Assembly: GCF_001457595.1 (NCBI RefSeq)
Contig: NZ_LN831039.1
Span: 2,160,001-2,192,000, forward strand
Direction of reading: 5' to 3'
Source of the DNA: Mycolicibacterium smegmatis
GTDB lineage: Bacteria > Actinomycetota > Actinomycetes > Mycobacteriales > Mycobacteriaceae
DNA: 32,000 nucleotides
Part shown: piece after piece, positions 16,530-24,289 of the stretch
Numbering within the stretch: position 1 is the stretch's first letter
How the letters are laid out: every line of letters begins with the position of its first letter
Notes under the pieces: generated by a model
Database searches by the model: none
What the model saw: only the letters and a program-made list of their open reading frames with translations
What the model was told of the DNA's origin: nothing
Made by a program: the position numbers and the translations under genes

Positions 16530-17470
16530 CTGTTCGTGAACCCAGCCCCTACACCCCGCGCGCGGAGTTGCGCGATGTCACCCTTCGTGACGGGCTGCAG
16601 CTGACCGCAAAGACCCTGCCGACCGAACTCAAGATCGAGGTCGTGCGCGAACTGTTGCGCCTCGGTGTGCCCGCGTTGGAGATCGGGTCGATGGCGCGGG
16701 CCGATCTGGTGCCCACCCTCGCCGACACGCTCGACGTCGTGGCCGCCCTCACGCCCGAGGAACTCGACCGGTGCTGGATCTGGGTGGCCACCCCGCGCCA
16801 CGTCGAGAAGGCAGCCGCGGCAGGCGCACGCAAGTTTCAGTACTGCCTGTCGGCGTCGGACGCGCACAACAAGGCCAACATCGGGCGTGACACCGAGACC
16901 AGCGTCGCGGCCATGCCCGACGCGATCCGCATCGCCCACGAGGCGGGCGGTGAGATCCAACTGTGCATCGCCACGGCGTTCACGTGCCCGTTCGACGGGC
17001 TCGTGGACCCGCAGCGGGTGTGGGGGATCGCGGCCGATCCGCGCACCTCCGGCGCCGTCGACATCGTCGTGTGCGACACGATCGGCCAGGCGATCCCCAC
17101 CCAGGTCAGTGCGCTCATCCACGGGTTGCACCCGGTGAACCCCGAGCGGCGCATCGTGTTTCACGGTCACGACACGTGGGGCCTCGGGGTGGCCAACACC
17201 CTCGCGGCCATCGACGCGGGCGCCACGATGGTCGACGGCTCACTCGGCGGTCTCGGCGGGTGCCCGTTCGCGCCCGGTGCGAGCGGCAACACCTCCAGCG
17301 AGGATCTGCTGTTCGCGTTGCGCCCGGACTGGCTCACCCCGTCGGCATTCGAATCGCTCGTGCTGCTCTCGGAGAAGGTCCTCGCCGAGTTGGGGGAGCC
17401 CAACCGGTCCAAGGCCGCGCAGGGCGCGAGGTCCAAGGCGCGTGCGTTCGGCTGGGTCATCGATGCCTGA
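16526..17470 (+). CDS. HMG-CoA lyase-like (HMGL family, DRE-TIM) acyl-CoA lyase
   Basis: Catalytic signatures are present: VTLRDGLQ, FHGHDTWGLGVAN and GLGGCPFAPGASGN. The ATG overlaps the CoA-transferase stop (ATGA at 16526-16529). Confidence 0.9.
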   Translation: MTVREPSPYTPRAELRDVTLRDGLQLTAKTLPTELKIEVVRELLRLGVPALEIGSMARADLVPTLADTLDVVAALTPEELDRCWIWVATPRHVEKAAAAGARKFQYCLSASDAHNKANIGRDTETSVAAMPDAIRIAHEAGGEIQLCIATAFTCPFDGLVDPQRVWGIAADPRTSGAVDIVVCDTIGQAIPTQVSALIHGLHPVNPERRIVFHGHDTWGLGVANTLAAIDAGATMVDGSLGGLGGCPFAPGASGNTSSEDLLFALRPDWLTPSAFESLVLLSEKVLAELGEPNRSKAAQGARSKARAFGWVIDA

Positions 17471-17474
17471 ACGG

Positions 17475-17480
17475 TAGATT
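17475..17480 (+). promoter_or_regulatory. Candidate -10 hexamer TAGATT positioned for a leaderless iclR transcript
   Basis: TANNNT-type hexamer followed by 6 nt (TGCGCC) and then ATG 17487. There is no Shine-Dalgarno in the 16-nt gap. Confidence 0.4.
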
Positions 17481-17486
17481 TGCGCC

Positions 17487-18269
17487 ATGGCAAAGGGAGA
17501 CGGGGACTCCGGCAAGCAGCAGACGCTTCTGGTGCTGACGAAGATCGTCGAGATCCTCAACGCGTTCACCCTGACACGCCCGGCGATGACCCTCGGCGAG
17601 ATCCAGCAGGCCACCGGTCTGCCGACCTCGACGGTGCAGCGACTGGTCAGCAACATGGTGGCCCAGGGCATGCTGGACCGCGTCGGCGAACAGATCCGCA
17701 TCGGCATCCGCATGTCCTACTGGGCGGCCACCGCGCGCAAAGACCTCGACGTGCTCACGATCGTCACCCCGGTGCTCAAGGAGATCCGCGACAAGATCGG
17801 TGAGACGGCATGCTTTTTCACCGTCGAACAGAACTTCCGGGTGTGCGTCGCGGTCGCGGAGACCCACCACGCGTTGCGTAGGCACATGTACGTCGGCAAA
17901 GTCATTCCGCTGCATGTGGGTTCGGCGTCGCGGGTGTTGCTGGCGTGGAATCCCGAGCTGGCAGAACGCATTCTCAGCGCACCGCTGGAACCCCTGACCG
18001 AGGGCACCGTCACCAGTGCCGAAGATCTCGCCGCGCTGATCGCCAAGGCGAGGGCCGACGGCTACGCCATCACCACCGGTGAGCGCGAGGATTCGGCGTC
18101 GGGACTGTCCGCGCCCGTATTCGATTCTGCCGGTGACGTTCTGGGCGCACTCACCATCAGCGGCCCCACGGTTCGCATGCCGCTGGAGAAGTGCGAGGAG
18201 TGGGTGGACCTCGTCGTGGGCTATGCCGAACAGATCACGCGGAGTCTGGGCGGCCGCCCACCCGCGTGA
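17487..18269 (+). CDS. IclR family transcriptional regulator
   Basis: wHTH LGEIQQATGLPTSTVQRLVSNMVAQGML followed by an IclR effector domain (GETACFFTVEQNFRVCVA..., GLSAPVFDSAGDVLGALTISGP). Confidence 0.9.
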   Translation: MAKGDGDSGKQQTLLVLTKIVEILNAFTLTRPAMTLGEIQQATGLPTSTVQRLVSNMVAQGMLDRVGEQIRIGIRMSYWAATARKDLDVLTIVTPVLKEIRDKIGETACFFTVEQNFRVCVAVAETHHALRRHMYVGKVIPLHVGSASRVLLAWNPELAERILSAPLEPLTEGTVTSAEDLAALIAKARADGYAITTGEREDSASGLSAPVFDSAGDVLGALTISGPTVRMPLEKCEEWVDLVVGYAEQITRSLGGRPPA

Positions 18270-18287
18270 ACTCGCTAGGGTGAAGTC

Positions 18288-19118
18288 ATGACCACATGGC
18301 TGATCACCGGATGCTCCACAGGAATCGGACGTACGCTCGCCGAGGCGGTGGCCGCGGCCGGCCACAACCTGGTGGTCACGGCCCGCGATGTGTCGTCGGT
18401 GGCCGACATCGCCGAGACGGCGCCGGACCGTGTCGTGGCCGCGCCGCTCGACGTCACGCGCCCAGAGCAGGTCACCGCGGCCGCTCAGCTGGCCGACGAG
18501 CGGTTCGGCGGTGTGGACGTGCTCGTGAACAATGCCGGCTACGGCTACCGCGCGGCGGTCGAAGAAGGCGACGATGCCGACGTCCGCACGCTTTTCGACA
18601 CGCACATCTTCGGCACGGTCGCCACGATCAAGGCCGTGCTGCCCGGGATGCGGGCCCGCAGGCGCGGGGCCATCGTCAACATCTCCTCGATCGGAGCGCA
18701 GATCACCCCGCCCGGGTCGGGCTACTACGCCGCGGCCAAGGCCGCGGTCGAGGGCCTCAGCGGGTCACTGCACACCGAACTCGCGCCGCTCGGCATCTCG
18801 GTCACGGTCGTCGAACCCGGAGGTTTCCGCACCGACTTCGCCGGGCGGTCCCTGAAACAGTCGGCCGCCGCGATCGACGACTACGCCGATACCGCGGGCA
18901 AGCGCCGCAAAGAACACGACCGCGTGCACGGCACACAGCCAGGTGATCCCGTCAAGGCGGCCGCCGCGATCATCAAGGCCGTCGAATCGCCTGAGCCACC
19001 GGCGTTTCTGCTGCTCGGATCCGATGCGCTGTCGGCCTACCGGCGCGTCGCGCAGGCACGTGCCGAGGAGATCGACAAGTGGGCCGATCTGACCACCAGC
19101 ACCGACTTCGATTCCTGA
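18288..19118 (+). CDS. SDR family NAD(P)-dependent oxidoreductase
   Basis: TGCSTGIGRT, NNAG, YYAAAK and EPGGFRTDF motifs. Confidence 0.9.
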   Translation: MTTWLITGCSTGIGRTLAEAVAAAGHNLVVTARDVSSVADIAETAPDRVVAAPLDVTRPEQVTAAAQLADERFGGVDVLVNNAGYGYRAAVEEGDDADVRTLFDTHIFGTVATIKAVLPGMRARRRGAIVNISSIGAQITPPGSGYYAAAKAAVEGLSGSLHTELAPLGISVTVVEPGGFRTDFAGRSLKQSAAAIDDYADTAGKRRKEHDRVHGTQPGDPVKAAAAIIKAVESPEPPAFLLLGSDALSAYRRVAQARAEEIDKWADLTTSTDFDS

Positions 19119-19127
19119 CATGACAGA

Positions 19128-19153
19128 GCGGCCCCGGGATCTCCCGGGGCCGC
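19128..19153. terminator. GC-rich hairpin between convergent genes (likely bidirectional intrinsic terminator)
   Basis: GCGGCCCCGGGA / TCCCGGGGCCGC are perfect 12-nt complementary arms separated by 2 nt. It begins 10 nt after the SDR stop and ends 24 nt before the stop of the convergent DDN-family gene. There is no strong T-tract. Confidence 0.65.
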
Positions 19154-19176
19154 CCTGTTCGATTCACTCGACCGAT

Positions 19177-19599
19177 CTATTCGACGATGAACACGGGGAT
19201 CAGCCGGTCGGTCTTGGTCTGGTACTCCGCGTACGGCGGATAGGCCTCGACCGCGAGCTTCCACCAGTGCTCGCGCTCCTCGCCCTCGAGTTCACGGGCG
19301 GTGCGGTCAGGCAGCACCTTGTCACCGTCCTGCACGCTGACCGTCGGATTGGCCTTGACGTTGAAGTACCACGACGGGTGCTTGGGGTCGCCACCCTTGG
19401 ACGCGACCATGGCGTACTTGCCGTTCTCCTCGACCCGCATCAGCGGGACGTAACGCTTCTTGCCGGATTTGGCGCCGGTCGTCGTGAACAGCACGATCGG
19501 ACGGTCCAGCACGTGCACACCATCGGTGGTGCCCTGCTCGAGAATGCGTTCGGTCTGCTCGCGTACCCAGTCGGTCGGGCTCAGTTCGGCATCAGTCAT
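19177..19599 (-). CDS. Deazaflavin (F420H2)-dependent nitroreductase/quinone reductase family protein (DDN-like)
   Basis: MTDAELSPTDWVREQTERI...IVLFTTTGAKSGKKRYVPLMRVEENGKYAMVASKGGDPKHPSWYFNVKANP...EREHWWKLAVEAYPPYAEYQ. 140 aa, typical size and motifs. Only the last 140 codons of track ORF 19177..20649 are real. Confidence 0.88.
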   Translation of the reverse strand: MTDAELSPTDWVREQTERILEQGTTDGVHVLDRPIVLFTTTGAKSGKKRYVPLMRVEENGKYAMVASKGGDPKHPSWYFNVKANPTVSVQDGDKVLPDRTARELEGEEREHWWKLAVEAYPPYAEYQTKTDRLIPVFIVE

Positions 19600-19652
19600 T
19601 CTGTGGTCAACGCCCTCACCACCCGGGTTATTCCGGCTGGCGTGCGGAGGTG

Positions 19653-20840
19653 TCACCCACAGCCGACCGCCACCCCGACAGGTTCTGCCGCGCGCCGCGG
19701 CGCGCGGCCCACCAGCACGTCGACGGCGAGCAGAAGCAGCGCCACCACGCCCAGACCCGCGCCGATCCACGGCACCGACGGGTAGCCCAGACCCGCGGTC
19801 AGCGCGAGGCCCGCGAGCCAGGGACCAGCGCTGATACCGACGTTGAACGCCGAGATGTTGCCGGCCGAGGCCAGCGTCGGCGCGCCGGGCGCGATGCCGA
19901 ACACCCGAGAGTTCAGCGCCGGGTTGGTGCCGAAACCGGCGAAGCCCAAGACGACGGCCAGGATCGCCACGGCCGCGGGCACGTCGGCGGTGACCGACAG
20001 CAGCGCCAGCACGACGGTCAGCATGCCGAAACCCGCCGCGAGGACACCGCGCGGCCACCGGTCGGCCGCGAACCCGCCACCGGCCATGCCCGCGAGTGAC
20101 CCGAGGCCGTACCCGAGCAGAACCAGCGGCACCCAGTCGGCACGCACCCCGGTGGTGGTGATCAGCATGGCGCTCAGATACGTGAAGGTGCCCAGCAGTG
20201 CCGCGGTGGACGTCGCGGTGAGCCCGTAGGACAACCACAGGCGCGGCACCGCCACACCGCGGAGCTCGTCGCGAGCGCGCAGCACCGTGTGCGCGCGGGT
20301 GTCGGGGACCGCGGTGAGCACCGCACCCGCGGCGACCAGGGTCAGCGCCGTGACGGTCCAGACCGCCGCTCGCCATCCGAAGTGCTGGCCGATCCAGGTG
20401 CCCGCGGGCAGGCCGACCACCATCGCGACGGTGATACCGCCCGCGACGACGCTCATCGCGCGGCCGCGCCGGGCGGGGGAGACCAGCGCCATCGCGGTGC
20501 TCGCACCGACCGCCCAGAATCCGGCGTAGACGAAGGCCGCGACGAACCGTGTCGCCAACAGCACCGCATAGGAGTCGGTCAGTGCCGCGACGATGTGCGC
20601 GACGACGAACACGCCCAGGAACGCGAGCAGGGCCCGCCGACGGGGCCACCGCAACGTGCCTATCGCCAGGATCGGCGCACCCACGAGCATGCCGAGCGCG
20701 AACACCGACACCGTCAGGCCGGCCTGCGGGATGCTGACCGCGAAATCAGCCGACACCTCGGGGAGCAGGCCCGCCAGCATGAGTTCGCTTGTCCCCTGGG
20801 CGAATATCGCCGCCCCGAGAACCCAGATGGCAACCGGCAT
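19653..20840 (-). CDS. MFS transporter, DHA1-type, resembling Cmx/CmrA-like efflux pumps
   Basis: MPVAIWVLGAAIFAQGTSELMLAGLLPEVSADF...GMLVGAP...RFVAAFVYAGFWAV, with 12 predicted TM segments. ATG 20840 overlaps the upstream SDR stop by 1 nt (TGATG). Confidence 0.85.
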   Translation of the reverse strand: MPVAIWVLGAAIFAQGTSELMLAGLLPEVSADFAVSIPQAGLTVSVFALGMLVGAPILAIGTLRWPRRRALLAFLGVFVVAHIVAALTDSYAVLLATRFVAAFVYAGFWAVGASTAMALVSPARRGRAMSVVAGGITVAMVVGLPAGTWIGQHFGWRAAVWTVTALTLVAAGAVLTAVPDTRAHTVLRARDELRGVAVPRLWLSYGLTATSTAALLGTFTYLSAMLITTTGVRADWVPLVLLGYGLGSLAGMAGGGFAADRWPRGVLAAGFGMLTVVLALLSVTADVPAAVAILAVVLGFAGFGTNPALNSRVFGIAPGAPTLASAGNISAFNVGISAGPWLAGLALTAGLGYPSVPWIGAGLGVVALLLLAVDVLVGRAPRRAAEPVGVAVGCG

Positions 20841-21592
20841 CAGAGCATCGACCCGCCGCTGGCGTCGAGCCACTGACCGGTGATCCAGCGCGCGTCGTCG
20901 GAGGAGAGGAACGCGACCACACCGGAGATGTCGTCGGCCTGCGCGACGCGGTTGAACGGTGACTGCGCGGCGATCGCGGCGCGCCCCTCGGGTGTCGACA
21001 GTCGCTCGGCGTTCATGTCGGTCTCGGTGGTGCCCGGTCCGACGGCATTCACCGTGATGCCGCGTGGGGCAACCTCTTTGGCGAGTGTTGCGGTGAACGA
21101 GTCGAGCGCGGCCTTCGAGATCGCGTAGGCCATGAGTTCGGGCATCCGGCCGCCGTGCGTGAAACGCGTCGACACGTTGATGATCCGCCCATGGTCACGC
21201 AGACGCGACAGGCCGTGCTGGGTGATGAAGAACGGTGCGCGGGTGTTCACCGCCAACACCTCGTCGTAGGTCTGCTCGGTGAGATCGGCGAACGGGATTC
21301 GGCCGCCGAGGATCCCGGCGTTGTTCACCAGGATGTCGAGCCCGTCGGCGTTTCGGTCGAAGGCTTGCCACAGCGCGTCGGCGTCGCCGGGCACGCCGAG
21401 TTGCGCGCGGACGGTGAACGTTTCGCCGCCCTTGTCGCGGATCAGCTGCGCGGTCTGTTCGGCGGTGTCGGCGTTGGTGCCGTAGTGCACGCCGACGCGT
21501 GCGCCGTCGCCGGCCAGCCGGATCGCGATGGCGCGGCCGATGCCGCGTCCGCCGCCGGTGACCAGCGCTGTCTTGCCGTCGAGAGTGGACAC
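20840..21592 (-). CDS. SDR family oxidoreductase
   Basis: TGGGRGIGRA, NNAG and YAISK motifs. The GTG start is preceded by GAAAGGA. Confidence 0.9.
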   Translation of the reverse strand: MSTLDGKTALVTGGGRGIGRAIAIRLAGDGARVGVHYGTNADTAEQTAQLIRDKGGETFTVRAQLGVPGDADALWQAFDRNADGLDILVNNAGILGGRIPFADLTEQTYDEVLAVNTRAPFFITQHGLSRLRDHGRIINVSTRFTHGGRMPELMAYAISKAALDSFTATLAKEVAPRGITVNAVGPGTTETDMNAERLSTPEGRAAIAAQSPFNRVAQADDISGVVAFLSSDDARWITGQWLDASGGSML

Positions 21593-21657
21593 GTGCCCAT
21601 CCTTTCTTTAGCGATCGTTACAAAAAAGGACGTTAGCAGATTCTCTAGCGACCGCTC

Positions 21658-21663
21658 TAGAAT
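21658..21663 (+). promoter_or_regulatory. Candidate -10 hexamer TAGAAT positioned for a leaderless tetR transcript
   Basis: TAGAAT followed by 6 nt (GTGTGG) and then ATG 21670, with no Shine-Dalgarno. It overlaps the partial palindrome CTAGCGACCGCTCTAG (21645-21660). Confidence 0.4.
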
Positions 21664-21669
21664 GTGTGG

Positions 21670-22263
21670 ATGGCAACAGTCCGCGGGAGACCCCGCTCGT
21701 TCGATCGCGACGCCGCGCTCGACAAGGCGATCCGGCTGTTCTGGGAGCGTGGGTTCGAGGCGACCTCTACGCGCGACCTCAGTAGCGCGCTCGGCATCGG
21801 CATGCCCAGCATCTACGCGGCGTTCGGCGACAAACGTCAGCTCTTCACCGAGGCCGTCGAGGTCTACGACGCCCGCTACGGCGGCTTCATCGACGCCGCG
21901 CTCGACGAGGAGCCCACCGCGCGTGCGGCCGTCGCACGCATCCTGGCGCAGGCCCCAGGCCGGTACACGCGCCGTGGCCTGCCCAGCGGATGCCTGATCA
22001 TCAGCGGTGACGACGGCAGCGCCGACGAGACCGTGGGCGCCACGCTGCGCCGCATCCGCGAGAAGAAGACCCAGACGGTGGCCGACAAGATCCGCGCCGA
22101 CATCGCCGCAGGCGAGCTGCCCGCCGACACCGACGCACTTGCTCTCGCGCAGTTCGTGATGTCGACCCTCAGCGGCATCGCCCAGGCCGCGCGTGACGGC
22201 ATACCCCGCGCGAGGCTCGACCAGGTCGCCGCCATCGCCCTGCGGGCCTGGCCCCAGCGCTAA
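21670..22263 (+). CDS. TetR family transcriptional regulator
   Basis: N-terminal HTH RDAALDKAIRLFWERGFEATSTRDLSSALGIGMPSIYAAFGDK. Divergent from the SDR / MFS / DDN operon. Confidence 0.9.
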   Translation: MATVRGRPRSFDRDAALDKAIRLFWERGFEATSTRDLSSALGIGMPSIYAAFGDKRQLFTEAVEVYDARYGGFIDAALDEEPTARAAVARILAQAPGRYTRRGLPSGCLIISGDDGSADETVGATLRRIREKKTQTVADKIRADIAAGELPADTDALALAQFVMSTLSGIAQAARDGIPRARLDQVAAIALRAWPQR

Positions 22264-22270
22264 CTCATTG

Positions 22271-22300
22271 CACCGCCACCGCCACCGCCACCGCCACCAC
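22271..22300. repeat. Hexanucleotide microsatellite (CACCGC)x4 plus an imperfect fifth unit CACCAC
   Basis: Read directly from the sequence. It begins 8 nt after the tetR stop codon. Confidence 0.9.
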
Positions 22301-22302
22301 GC

Positions 22303-22335
22303 CCGCGACCGTGCACTTCTGCACCGCGACCGTGC
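22303..22335. repeat. 12-nt direct repeat CCGCGACCGTGC (two copies, 21-bp period)
   Basis: Copies at 22303-22314 and 22324-22335. Confidence 0.85.
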
Positions 22336-22375
22336 GCGTCTGCCGCACGCCACGCCGCACATCAGCAGCACTGCA

Positions 22376-22439
22376 CGCACGCTCGTCGGCACCGAGCGTG
22401 CGGCACCGAGCGGGACCGAGCGTGCGGCCAAGACCGAGC
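22376..22439 (+). repeat. ACCGAGC(GTGCGG) repeat family with a 10-bp perfect hairpin and an alternative pairing partner
   Basis: ACCGAGCGTGCGG at 22391-22403 and 22415-22427. ACCGAGC also at 22405-22411 and 22433-22439. CGCACGCTCG (22376-22385) is perfectly complementary to CGAGCGTGCG at 22393-22402 and also to the copy at 22417-22426. Confidence 0.7.
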
Positions 22440-22465
22440 ACACAGCCAAGAGGGACAATGAAGCC

Positions 22466-23224
22466 ATGACCGGCAGCGACACGACCGCCTACTCCACCGC
22501 ACGTACGGTCGAGGACTTCACCCGCAACCTGCAGGCCGTCAACACGCGAATCGGCGCCGCGCTGCAGCGCGCCGGCCGCGAACCCGGTGAGGTGCGGCTA
22601 CTTCCGGTCAGCAAGACCGTCGATGAGGACCGGCTGCGCGTCGCGGCGGCCGCGGGCTGCACGATGTTCGGCGAGAACAAGGTGCAGGAGGCGATGCGCA
22701 AGTGGCGCAACCTGTCCGATCTCGACGTGGAGTGGTCGGTGATCGGACACCTGCAGACCAACAAGGCCAAGGACGTCGCCGAGTTCGCCGCCGAGTTCCA
22801 GGCCCTCGACAATCCGCGGGCCGCCGCGGCACTGGATCGCAGGCTGCAGGCCCTCGGACGCCAACTCGACGTCTACGTGCAGGTCAACACCTCGGGTGAG
22901 GAGTCCAAGTACGGCCTGGCGCCCGACGACGTCATCCCGTTCCTGAAGACCCTGCCCGCCTACACCGCGCTGCGCGTGCGCGGCCTGATGACCATCGCGG
23001 TGTTCAGCACCGATCCCGAACGCGTCCGCCCGTGCTTCCGGCTGCTGCGCAGCCTGCGTGATCAGGCCCGCGATCTCGACCTGATCGGCCCGGGCGAGCT
23101 GTCGATGGGCATGTCCGGCGACTACGAACTCGCGATCGCCGAGGGTTCGACGTGTGTGCGCGTCGGGCAGGCGATCTTCGGTGCCCGCCCGACGCCGGAT
23201 TCCCAGTACTGGCCCGGCAACTGA
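22466..23224 (+). CDS. yggS: YggS family pyridoxal-phosphate homeostasis protein
   Basis: VRLLPVSKT (PLP lysine), FGENKVQE, IGHLQTNK, LSMGMSGDYELAI and VRVGQAIFG motifs. ATG 22466 is used; the upstream part of the track ORF is the repeat spacer. Confidence 0.9.
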   Translation: MTGSDTTAYSTARTVEDFTRNLQAVNTRIGAALQRAGREPGEVRLLPVSKTVDEDRLRVAAAAGCTMFGENKVQEAMRKWRNLSDLDVEWSVIGHLQTNKAKDVAEFAAEFQALDNPRAAAALDRRLQALGRQLDVYVQVNTSGEESKYGLAPDDVIPFLKTLPAYTALRVRGLMTIAVFSTDPERVRPCFRLLRSLRDQARDLDLIGPGELSMGMSGDYELAIAEGSTCVRVGQAIFGARPTPDSQYWPGN

Positions 23225-23235
23225 GGCTCAACCGC

Positions 23236-24207
23236 TCAGCGCAGTTTGAGCACCACCTTGCCCTTGGCGCTGCGATTCTCCAGTGACGCGATGGCCTGCG
23301 CGGCCTGCTCCAACGGATACACCTCGACCTGCGGCGGGGCGACCGCGCCGGAGGCCAGCAGCGGCTCCAGTTCGGCCCACTGCTCCTGCAGATAACCCGG
23401 GTGCGTGAAAGTCCACGCACCCCAACCCGCGCCGATCACCTCGATGTTGTTGAGCAGCAACCGGTTCACCTTCACCTGGGGGATCTCGCCGCCGGTGAAG
23501 CCGACCACCAGCAGGCGCCCGCCGACCGCCAGCGAGCGCAGCGAATCGGTGAAGCGGTCACCTCCGACGGGGTCGACCACCATGTCGACGCCGCGACCGT
23601 CGGTCAACTCCTTGACCGCGTCACGGAAACCGTCGGCCAGCACCACATCGGATGCGCCTGCGGCCCTGGCGATCTCGCCCTTCTCCTCGGTGGACACCAC
23701 CGCGATGGTGCGGGCCGCGCCCAAAGCGGGCGCCAGGCGCAGCACCGACGAACCGATTCCGCCAGCGGCGCCGTGCACCAGAACCGTCTCGCCGCCGGAC
23801 AGCCTGCCGCGGGTGCGCAGCACGAAGTGCACGGTCATGTCGTTGAACAGGATTCCCGCCCCGGCGTCGAACGGCACCGCATCGGGCAGCTTGAACACGC
23901 GATCCTCGGGCAGCGCAACCACTTCCGCCATACCGCCGGACAGCATCGTCAGGCCCAGCACACGATCGCCCGCCGCGACCGACGCGCCTGCCGGTGCGCT
24001 GCGCACCACACCGGCCACCTCGGCGCCGGGGGAGAACGGCAGGTCCGGCTTGTACTGGTAGAGGCCTCGCGTCAGCAGCGCGTCGGGAAACGCCACGCCT
24101 GCGGCGTGGACGTCGATCAGGACGGCGTCATCACCGGACGGTTCGTCGACCTCGACCACTTCCACCGCGTCGGGACCGTCGAGACGGGTTATCAGTGCAG
24201 CGCGCAT
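23236..24207 (-). CDS. NADPH:quinone oxidoreductase / zeta-crystallin-like MDR family protein
   Basis: MRAALITRLDGPDAVEVVEVDEP..., with the non-zinc MDR pattern and the HGAAGGIGS nucleotide motif. GAGAGG precedes ATG 24207. Confidence 0.9.
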   Translation of the reverse strand: MRAALITRLDGPDAVEVVEVDEPSGDDAVLIDVHAAGVAFPDALLTRGLYQYKPDLPFSPGAEVAGVVRSAPAGASVAAGDRVLGLTMLSGGMAEVVALPEDRVFKLPDAVPFDAGAGILFNDMTVHFVLRTRGRLSGGETVLVHGAAGGIGSSVLRLAPALGAARTIAVVSTEEKGEIARAAGASDVVLADGFRDAVKELTDGRGVDMVVDPVGGDRFTDSLRSLAVGGRLLVVGFTGGEIPQVKVNRLLLNNIEVIGAGWGAWTFTHPGYLQEQWAELEPLLASGAVAPPQVEVYPLEQAAQAIASLENRSAKGKVVLKLR

Positions 24208-24289
24208 GGAGACCTCTCTGTCAGTTGTCGGCCCAATTCTGCGCCCACGGTCGCGGCAAGGCGTCGCGAGGCCCGGACAGGGCCGGTCG

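Noticed and set aside
19177-20649. 490-aa minus-strand ORF treated as one gene
   Set aside because: Only its last 140 codons (from ATG 19599) are DDN-family. The upstream part is an off-frame reading of the MFS transporter gene with Arg/Gly-rich composition.
22193-22465. N-terminal extension of yggS through the repeat spacer (track ORF 22193..23224)
   Set aside because: The extension overlaps the tetR 3' end out of frame and translates the microsatellite as HRHRHRHH. YggS-family similarity begins only after ATG 22466, which gives a protein of normal YggS size.
22264-22465. CRISPR array
   Set aside because: The repeat units are only 6-13 nt with irregular spacing. There are no uniform spacers and no cas genes anywhere in the window.
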